From Nocardioides sp. (lineage in GTDB: Bacteria > Actinomycetota > Actinomycetes > Propionibacteriales > Nocardioidaceae), in contig JAOPXU010000315.1 of NCBI GenBank assembly GCA_025964985.1, positions 22,441-86,440 on the forward strand: a DNA stretch of 64,000 nt, given 5' to 3'. A program made the position numbers and the translations under genes. The notes below the pieces were generated by a model that ran no database searches, was not told the origin of the DNA, and worked only from the letters and a program-made list of their open reading frames with translations. Of the stretch, positions 57,647 to 64,000 are shown piece after piece (the stretch's first letter is position 1; every line of letters begins with the position of its first letter).

Positions 57647-57663
57647 CGGTGTGAACGATCGTT
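57647..57663. promoter_or_regulatory. Putative TetR operator
   Basis: CGGTGTGAACGATCGTT with palindromic core GAACGATCGTTC; identical in reverse complement to 29840-29856. Confidence 0.7.
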
Positions 57664-57688
57664 CCGCCCCGCTGCTAGTGTGCCCTGG

Positions 57689-58231
57689 ATGGGCAGGGAG
57701 CGACAGATCCTCGACGCCGCGGCGCTCGCTTTCCATGAGAAGGGCTTCCACGGCGTCGGCATGGACGAGCTCGGCCAACGGTCGGGGCTGAGCGGCCCTT
57801 CGCTCTACCGCCACTTCGCTGGCAAGGACGCGATCCTCGCCACCCTGCTCGACGAGGCGCTGGACGAGCTGACCAGAGCGGCTGCCCGCCGGGAAGGCAC
57901 TCCGGGAGAAGACCTCGAGCGCGCCCTGCGCCACCACGTGCGCTACGCCGTCGACAACCGGGCGCGGGTGACGCTCTACCAGCGCGAGGCGCGGTCGCTC
58001 CCGACTCCGCTGGCGCGCTCGTTCGCCGCGAGACGCAGTCACTACACGCGCCTGTGGGAGGAGCTGGTCCGCGACGCCCTGCCCCACGTCGGACCTGCCC
58101 ACGTGCCGGCGGTCACGCAGGCCATGCTCGGGCTGGTCTTCTCGGTGGCAGCGTGGCCACGTCGGGCACTGGGGGTCGAAGACCTCGAGTCGCTGGTGCT
58201 GGGCCTCACGCTGCGAGGCCCGACCGCCTGA
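57689..58231 (+). CDS. TetR/AcrR family regulator
   Basis: ILDAAALAFHEKGFHGVGMDELG...PSLYRHFAGK; probably leaderless ATG 7 nt after TAGTGT. Confidence 0.92.
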   Translation: MGRERQILDAAALAFHEKGFHGVGMDELGQRSGLSGPSLYRHFAGKDAILATLLDEALDELTRAAARREGTPGEDLERALRHHVRYAVDNRARVTLYQREARSLPTPLARSFAARRSHYTRLWEELVRDALPHVGPAHVPAVTQAMLGLVFSVAAWPRRALGVEDLESLVLGLTLRGPTA

Positions 58232-58240
58232 CACGGGGCC

Positions 58241-59482
58241 TCACGACGTGGACCGGAAGCCCCACATCGAGGCAGCGATGCGCCGGTACTGCAGCTCGTC
58301 GGAGCCCTCGGTGATCCGGTAGCGCCGGTGGTGACGGTAGATGTGCTCGAAGGGCAGGTGCCGGCTGTAGCCGACGCCTCCGTGGATCTGCATGGCCCGG
58401 TCGGCCGCGTCGCAGGCCAGCCGGTTGCCGCGGACGTTGACCATCGAGACCTTGTCGCTGACCGACGTGCGGCCATGGGCGTCCATCTGCCACGCGGTGC
58501 GCATGATCGTGTTGCGCACCAGCTCGGCCTCCGTCTGCAGCTCGACGAGCTGCCACTGGATGCCCTGGTAGTCGCGCAGCTGCTGGCCGAAGAGCCGACG
58601 CTCCTGCGTGTAGGCGACCGACCGGTCGATGCAGAACTGTGCCGCTCCCAGCGAGCTGGCCGCCTGTCGGATCCGGTTCTCGTGGACGAACAGCTGCGCG
58701 CAGTCCAGGCCCCGGCCCTCCTCGCCGAGCATGGCCGAGGACGGCACCCGCACGCCGTCGAGGCGGACCTCGGCGTGGTCCGTTGGCATGTTGAACGTCC
58801 ACCAGTAGAACGGCACCTCGAAGCCGGGCGCGTCCGTCGGCACCAGGAACGCCGAGATGCCCTCGGCCTTGCCGTCCTGACCGCTGGTACGGGCGAAGAC
58901 GAGGTCGACCTCGGCCACGTCCACGACGCTGTTCCAGCGCTTGGCACCGCTGATGACCCAGTCGTCGCCGTCACGCACCGCGGTCGTCTCCAGCCACGTG
59001 ACGTCGCTGCCGTGGTCGGGCTCGGTGAGCCCGAAGGCCATCTCCATGTCACCGGACACCAGGCGCTCGAGGTACTGCTCCTTCTGCTCAGGCGTGCCGT
59101 ACTCGTGGAGCACCAGCGCGAGCGGCGCGTTGGCCACCATCGAGGCCTCGTGGCTGAGCTCGGCGTGCAGACCGGGCCCGCGCCCAGCGAGGGCCTCGCG
59201 GATCACCGCCATCGCCACATTGGTGCCGTCCTGGCCGCCGAGTGCCGCCGGCAGCGGGTAGCGGTAGAAGCCCGCCTGGTCGGCCAGCACCCGTGCCTCG
59301 TGGAGGATCTCGCGCCAGCGCCGGGTCGGGATGCCCCCGCGCTCCACATCGGTGCGGCTGAACTCGCGCCGGTGGTCGAAGTACTCGGGATTGGCCTCCT
59401 CGATCGGCTTGATCTCGGCGTCGATGAAAGCGTTGAGCTCGGCGACGAAGGTCGTGACGTCGGCGGGGATGTCAAGGTCCAT
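58241..59482 (-). CDS. Acyl-CoA dehydrogenase family protein
   Basis: FGLTEPDHGSD, AMQIHGG, RRYRITEGSDELQ. Confidence 0.9.
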   Translation of the reverse strand: MDLDIPADVTTFVAELNAFIDAEIKPIEEANPEYFDHRREFSRTDVERGGIPTRRWREILHEARVLADQAGFYRYPLPAALGGQDGTNVAMAVIREALAGRGPGLHAELSHEASMVANAPLALVLHEYGTPEQKEQYLERLVSGDMEMAFGLTEPDHGSDVTWLETTAVRDGDDWVISGAKRWNSVVDVAEVDLVFARTSGQDGKAEGISAFLVPTDAPGFEVPFYWWTFNMPTDHAEVRLDGVRVPSSAMLGEEGRGLDCAQLFVHENRIRQAASSLGAAQFCIDRSVAYTQERRLFGQQLRDYQGIQWQLVELQTEAELVRNTIMRTAWQMDAHGRTSVSDKVSMVNVRGNRLACDAADRAMQIHGGVGYSRHLPFEHIYRHHRRYRITEGSDELQYRRIAASMWGFRSTS

Positions 59483-59606
59483 CCCGCGACGCTAGGAGCG
59501 TGGAGGGACGTACGCCCGAGCCCGACGCAGGTGGTGGTGTGGAGTTCTCCACCTCGTCGGCGCAGCGTGGTCGCCCCGGCGGCGGGCACCGGCGTTGGCT
59601 GGGCCC

Positions 59607-60059
59607 ATGGTCTCCGTCCACGGCATCCCGGCACTGCGCGCGCTCACCGGCACCAGGCTGGGCATCAGCGCCTGGCACGAGGTCACCCAGGAGCGGATCG
59701 ACGCGTTCGCCGACGCCACCGAGGACTGGGAGGGCCTCCACGTGGATCCGGCCCGCGCCGCGCGGACGACGTGGGGCGTGACGATCGCCCACGGGCTCTA
59801 CACCCTCTCGCTCGGGCCCAAGTTCCAGTACGAGGTGCTCAGCATGAGCGGCTACTCACTGCCGCTCAACTACGGCTTCGACAAGGTCCGCTTCACCTCG
59901 CCCGTGCTGGTCGGCTCGCGGCTGCGGATGTCGATGGACCTGCTCGGTCACGAGCCGCTCGACGGTGGCTCGCGCTTCCGCAGCCTGCAGACCTTCGAGG
60001 TCGAGGGCCAGGACAAGCCGGCCTGCGTGGCCGAGTCGGTCTTCGCCTACTTCGACTGA
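59607..60059 (+). CDS. MaoC-family dehydratase
   Basis: FADATEDWEGLHVDP, TIAHGLYTL, NYGFDKVRF. Confidence 0.9.
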   Translation: MVSVHGIPALRALTGTRLGISAWHEVTQERIDAFADATEDWEGLHVDPARAARTTWGVTIAHGLYTLSLGPKFQYEVLSMSGYSLPLNYGFDKVRFTSPVLVGSRLRMSMDLLGHEPLDGGSRFRSLQTFEVEGQDKPACVAESVFAYFD

Positions 60060-61120
60060 GCCCCTCGCGCCGTGTCGAGGGCGGTGTGGCCGGCGGCCAG
60101 CACCTCGTCGAGGTGCGCGGCGGCCGTGACCAGCTTGGGCTCGGGCCGCTCGGCGCGGCGCTCGCGCTTCCAGATGACGCCGATCGTCGATGCGACCTTG
60201 AGATGGCACAGCGCCACGAACCACCCCAGGTCGGTCGTGACGTCGTCGACGTCCTGGCCCGCGCCCCTCGTCACCCGCTCCTCGCGGTAGACGTCGAGCA
60301 GCTCGGGGACGCCGGGGAGGGCGCGGCTCGAGACGCGGTCGGCGACCGGCCGGTCCTCGTGGAAGACGTGGGCGGGCGCGGCGTGCATGAGCAGCCAGGC
60401 GAGGTCGACCCGCGGGTCGCCCACCGACCAGATCTCCCAGTCGATGACGGCCTCGAGCGTGGTGCCGGTGAAGAGCATGTTGGCCAGGCGGTAGTCGCCG
60501 TGCAGCAGGCGGGGCTGCAAGGGCGACGGCGGGGCGGCACGGAGCCGGTCGGCGAGGGCGTCGCGACCGGGGGCGATGTCACGGTCGACGGTGTCGAAGA
60601 GCCGGCACCACCGGTCGAGCTCGTCGGCCGGGCAGCCCGGCTCGTCGTCGAGCCCGAGCGCCACGGGCCGGTGGGCCTGCAGGTGGGCCAGGGCCCGGGT
60701 CGCGACGCGCATCCGCTCGGCCGCGACCTCCGGCGTCGGCGGAGCGGGGGCGACGTCGAGGCCTGGTTCGTAGGACACCCCGGCACACAGCTCCATCACG
60801 AACAGCGGCGGCACGTCGGGCGGGTCCCCGCCGTCCTCGAGGAGCACGCCCGGCACCGGGAACGGGGGGTCGTCGGCCAGCGTCCGCAGCAGCCGCGCCT
60901 GGCGCAGAACGTCGCGGTTGCGCACGGGTGCGAGGCCCGGCGGCGCGGCCTTGACCACCACGGGACGCTCGGTGCCGTCGAGGCGCAGGACAGCGGCGTA
61001 GGTCAGGCTCGAGACCCCGCCCTCGAGGCGGCGCAGCGAGTGGACCTCGGCGTGGGCACCGGCACGACGAGCCGCCACGGTCACGCGGCGTCGTAGGTCG
61101 TCGTGGTCGAGGTCAGGCAC
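60047..61120 (-). CDS. APH-family phosphotransferase (ACAD10/11 kinase type)
   Basis: GGVSSLTY, RDVLRQ, LHGDYRLANM, VIDWEIWSVGDP; GTG start 61120. Confidence 0.88.
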   Translation of the reverse strand: MPDLDHDDLRRRVTVAARRAGAHAEVHSLRRLEGGVSSLTYAAVLRLDGTERPVVVKAAPPGLAPVRNRDVLRQARLLRTLADDPPFPVPGVLLEDGGDPPDVPPLFVMELCAGVSYEPGLDVAPAPPTPEVAAERMRVATRALAHLQAHRPVALGLDDEPGCPADELDRWCRLFDTVDRDIAPGRDALADRLRAAPPSPLQPRLLHGDYRLANMLFTGTTLEAVIDWEIWSVGDPRVDLAWLLMHAAPAHVFHEDRPVADRVSSRALPGVPELLDVYREERVTRGAGQDVDDVTTDLGWFVALCHLKVASTIGVIWKRERRAERPEPKLVTAAAHLDEVLAAGHTALDTARGAQSK

Positions 61121-61244
61121 CCGCCCAGCCTGGGCACCGCCCGGTGACCCGACAACCGACTCGCGGCGCCGCGGTGGAGAGGCCCACACCGCGGCGCGCC
61201 CCGCCCGGTGGGCGGGTGGGTGCCGGACGGCGTACAACGAGGGC

Positions 61245-62045
61245 GTGAGCACCCCGGACCCCGCCGACCCCTTCGAGGCCGCGGCGTGGCGCTCCCGGTT
61301 CCGGCTCGAGGGCAAGGTCGCTGTCGTGACCGGCGCCTCCAGCGGGTTGGGGGTCGCGATCGCCCTGGGCATGGCCGCCGCCGGCGCCGACGTCGCGATC
61401 GGCGCGCGCCGCCTCGACCTGCTCGACGGGACCCGGGCCCGCATCGAGGCACTGGGGCGGCGCTGCGTGGCGGTCGAGACCGACGTGACCCTCGTCGAGC
61501 ACTGCGACCGGCTCGTCGCCGCTGCGGTCGACGAGCTCGGCGGGTGCGACGTGCTCGTCAACAACGCCGGCACGGGCGGCGACTACCACCCCGCGACGCA
61601 GGACCCGCCCGAGCACTTCCGGCGCGTGGTGGACGTCAACCTGCACGGCTCCTACTGGATGGCGCAGGCCGCCGGCCGCGTGATGCCTCCGGGCAGCGCC
61701 GTCGTCAACATCTCCAGCGTCATGGCCGTCACCACGGCCAAGATGCCGGCGACCGGCTACAGCGCCGCCAAGGCCGGCGTGCTCGGGATGACCCGCGACC
61801 TCGCCGCCCAGTGGGGCGAGAGAGGCATCCGGGTCAACGCGATCCTGCCGGGCCTCTTCCCCACGGAGGCCACCGCCCACTACAGCCCCCGCTACCAGCA
61901 GGCGATCATCGACGCCCGCATCCCCGCCGGCCGGCTCGGGGACCCCGCCGAGATCGCGGCGTGCGCGGTGTTCCTCGCCAGCGCCGCCGCCGGCTACGTC
62001 ACCGGCGCCGCGGTGCCGGTCGACGGCGGCGTGCTCCTGCTCTGA
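61245..62045 (+). CDS. SDR-family oxidoreductase
   Basis: TGASSGLG, NNAG, YSAAK. Confidence 0.9.
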   Translation: MSTPDPADPFEAAAWRSRFRLEGKVAVVTGASSGLGVAIALGMAAAGADVAIGARRLDLLDGTRARIEALGRRCVAVETDVTLVEHCDRLVAAAVDELGGCDVLVNNAGTGGDYHPATQDPPEHFRRVVDVNLHGSYWMAQAAGRVMPPGSAVVNISSVMAVTTAKMPATGYSAAKAGVLGMTRDLAAQWGERGIRVNAILPGLFPTEATAHYSPRYQQAIIDARIPAGRLGDPAEIAACAVFLASAAAGYVTGAAVPVDGGVLLL

Positions 62046-62046
62046 C

Positions 62047-63033
62047 TCATGCAGTGAGGTCGACGACGACCTTGCCGAGCGCCTCGCGCCGGTCCAGGAC
62101 GCCGAGCGCCTCGGCCGCGCGCGCCAGCGGCAGCACCATGCCGACATGGGGGCGCAGGCGACCGGCGGCCGCGGCCTCCTCGAGGGCGGCGACCAGCATC
62201 GCGGCATGGCCGGCGTGACGCTGCTGCCAGGGGTCGAGAGCCACCCCGACGACCGAGAGGTTGCGCAGCAGCAGACGATTGACGCGGACCTCGGGGATCG
62301 ACCCGGCGGCGAAGCCGACGACCATCAGCCTGCCGCCGACGTCGAGGCTGCGCAGGGAGTCAGTGAACCGGTCGCCCCCGACCGGGTCGACGACGACGTC
62401 GACCCCTCGGCCGGTCAGCGCGCGAGCCGCGGCCGCCCAGTCGTCGTCGGTGAGCAGGACCTCGCCGGCGCCGCAGGACCGCGCCACGGCAGCCTTCGCC
62501 GTCGAGGACACCACGGCGATCGAGGGTGACGCGCGCGAGCGCAACAGGTCGAGGGTCGCCGTGCCCACGCCGCCGGCCGCGCCGTGCACGAGCACGGCCT
62601 CGCCGTCGCAGAACGCCGCCCGCTGCAGGGTGAACCACGCGGTCGCGTAGTTGAGGAAGAGCGCCGCGCCGTCGGTCCAGGACACCTCGTCGGGCAGGTG
62701 CACGGTGTAGCGCGGGATCGCCAGGACCACGTCGGCCACCGCACCCCACACGCAGAAGCCGGCCACGCGGTCGCCCGGTGCGAAGCGCGACCCGGGCGGC
62801 GACGCGACCACGACGCCGGCGTACTCACCGCCTGTGACGTAGGGCGGCGGCGCGCCGTGCTGGTAGGCGCCGCGAGTCTGCAGGAGGTCGGGGAACGACA
62901 CGGCCGCCGCGCGCACCTCGACGAGCAGCCGCTCGCCGTCCGCCCAGGGGTGGGCGCCGAGCGGCTCGGGGACGTCGGCGCGGAGCGTGACGACACCGGG
63001 GCCGTCGAGCGACGGCACGACGAGCCCGCGCAT
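62047..63033 (-). CDS. NADPH:quinone oxidoreductase-like MDR protein
   Basis: SFPDLLQTRGAYQ, HGAAGGVG, GFAAGSIP, GKVVV; start MRGLVV 63033. Confidence 0.88.
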   Translation of the reverse strand: MRGLVVPSLDGPGVVTLRADVPEPLGAHPWADGERLLVEVRAAAVSFPDLLQTRGAYQHGAPPPYVTGGEYAGVVVASPPGSRFAPGDRVAGFCVWGAVADVVLAIPRYTVHLPDEVSWTDGAALFLNYATAWFTLQRAAFCDGEAVLVHGAAGGVGTATLDLLRSRASPSIAVVSSTAKAAVARSCGAGEVLLTDDDWAAAARALTGRGVDVVVDPVGGDRFTDSLRSLDVGGRLMVVGFAAGSIPEVRVNRLLLRNLSVVGVALDPWQQRHAGHAAMLVAALEEAAAAGRLRPHVGMVLPLARAAEALGVLDRREALGKVVVDLTA

Positions 63034-63746
63034 CAGCCCGCGGCCGGCCCCGAGCGCGACACGGAGCGCGTCACCGAGCGGAGGTTGAGCTCGTCGCCAC
63101 CGTCGATGGTCAGCAGCTGGCCGGTGACCATGCCGGACGACTCGGCGGCGAAGAACGAGACCGCGTTGGCGATGTCGTCGGGGTCGACGAACCCCTGGGG
63201 CAGGGTCTCGAGCCACGCCTCGCGGATCTCCTCGGGCATGCCGAGGATGCCGGAGGAGGCGGTCATGCCCGGCAGGACGCAGTTGACGGTGATGCCCCGG
63301 GTGACGTTCTCGGCCGCGACCGTGCGGGCCATGCCGATCAGGCCGGCCTTGGACGTGGCGTAGGAGACCTGGGCCGGCATGCCCTGCGTGCCGGCGGTGC
63401 TGGAGATGACCACGATGCGGCCGTAGCCGCGCTCGCGCATGCCGAGCAGGCACCGCTGCACGACCTTGAACGTGCCGGTGAGGTTGACGTCGAGGTCGAG
63501 CTGCCACTTGCCGAGGTCGAAGCTGTGGGCGCCGCCGAACAGCGTGGTGATCGCGGCGTTGGCGACAAGCACGTCGACCTCGCCGAGGTCGGGCAGCTCG
63601 TCGCCCGTGACGTCGACCTGCCACGTGCAGCCGGGCTCCTTGTCGAGGGTGACGACGTCGAGCCCGTCGGCGCTCAGCCGCCGCACGATGGCCTGCCCGA
63701 TGCCACCCGGGCGCGCGGCTCCGGTGACGAGGGCGCGCCGCGTCAC
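63033..63746 (-). CDS. SDR-family oxidoreductase (FabG/PhaB-like)
   Basis: TGAARPGGIG, AQVSYATSK. Confidence 0.88.
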   Translation of the reverse strand: MTRRALVTGAARPGGIGQAIVRRLSADGLDVVTLDKEPGCTWQVDVTGDELPDLGEVDVLVANAAITTLFGGAHSFDLGKWQLDLDVNLTGTFKVVQRCLLGMRERGYGRIVVISSTAGTQGMPAQVSYATSKAGLIGMARTVAAENVTRGITVNCVLPGMTASSGILGMPEEIREAWLETLPQGFVDPDDIANAVSFFAAESSGMVTGQLLTIDGGDELNLRSVTRSVSRSGPAAG

Positions 63747-64000
63747 GCCGTACGCCGTCCGGGCGCGGGTTCGGGGGCCGCGTGCCGCTCGTCGAAGGTC
63801 GGGACCGCTGGGTGGCCCTCGAGACGCAGCACCAGCAGCGCGGTCTGCGCACCCAGCTGGTCGTGGGCGTCAGCGGCGACGTCGAGGCCGGTGAGGTCGT
63901 GGACCTTCGCCAGACGCAGCCGGACGGTGTTCTCGTGGATCTTCAGGCGCGACGACGACTCCCGGACGCTGCGACCGGTGTCGAAGAAGCACTGCAGGGT
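63743..64000 (-). CDS. PucR/CdaR-family regulator, C-terminal HTH (partial)
   Basis: Manual translation TLQCFFDTGRSVRESSSRLKIHENTVRLRLAKVHDLTGLD...; stop overlaps SDR start (GTGA). Confidence 0.85.
   Translation of the reverse strand, partial: TLQCFFDTGRSVRESSSRLKIHENTVRLRLAKVHDLTGLDVAADAHDQLGAQTALLVLRLEGHPAVPTFDERHAAPEPAPGRRTA

Noticed and set aside
58328-61096. 922-aa plus-strand ORF, and other long antisense ORFs (e.g. 19213-21102, 11974-13644, 53640-55193)
   Set aside because: Antisense shadows of well-supported genes, typical of high-GC DNA; no recognisable motifs
1-64000. CRISPR arrays, IS elements, integrases, tRNA/rRNA, biosynthetic PKS/NRPS
   Set aside because: No repeat-spacer arrays, transposase or integrase motifs, RNA gene signatures or KS/condensation domains found by eye

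Overview
High-GC actinobacterial DNA (Nocardioides-like, by inference) almost entirely occupied by one large lipid/terpenoid catabolic region. It contains: (i) a self-contained Mce importer operon (2 YrbE permeases, ABC ATPase, 6 Mce proteins, an MMPL/RND protein and a membrane-anchored protein); (ii) a CYP108 (P450terp-family) module with [2Fe-2S] ferredoxin, ferredoxin reductase, alcohol and aldehyde dehydrogenases and an SCP2-like protein; (iii) a CoA-dependent alicyclic ring-opening and beta-oxidation toolkit (BadH-like SDR, two MenB/BadI-family crotonases, several enoyl-CoA hydratases, ACADs, thiolase, CoA transferases, HMG-CoA lyase, two ACAD10/11/LvaA-type kinases); (iv) a Liv-type ABC importer; (v) six regulators (ATPase-LuxR, two GAF-LuxR, FadR/GntR, TetR, PucR-type). 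The intergenic DNA shows a readable regulatory code: five promoters sharing tandem 16-bp boxes 22 bp apart with a fixed 21-bp gap to the -10 element, about nine TGGTNNNACCA FadR-type operators, an identical 17-bp putative TetR operator at two loci 28 kb apart, and a motif shared by two divergent promoters near the PucR gene. Best working hypothesis: a regulon for uptake (Mce) and non-aromatic ring-cleavage degradation of cyclic monoterpenoids. All family assignments are from motif recognition by eye; no database search was run. No rRNA, tRNA, CRISPR or mobile element was seen.
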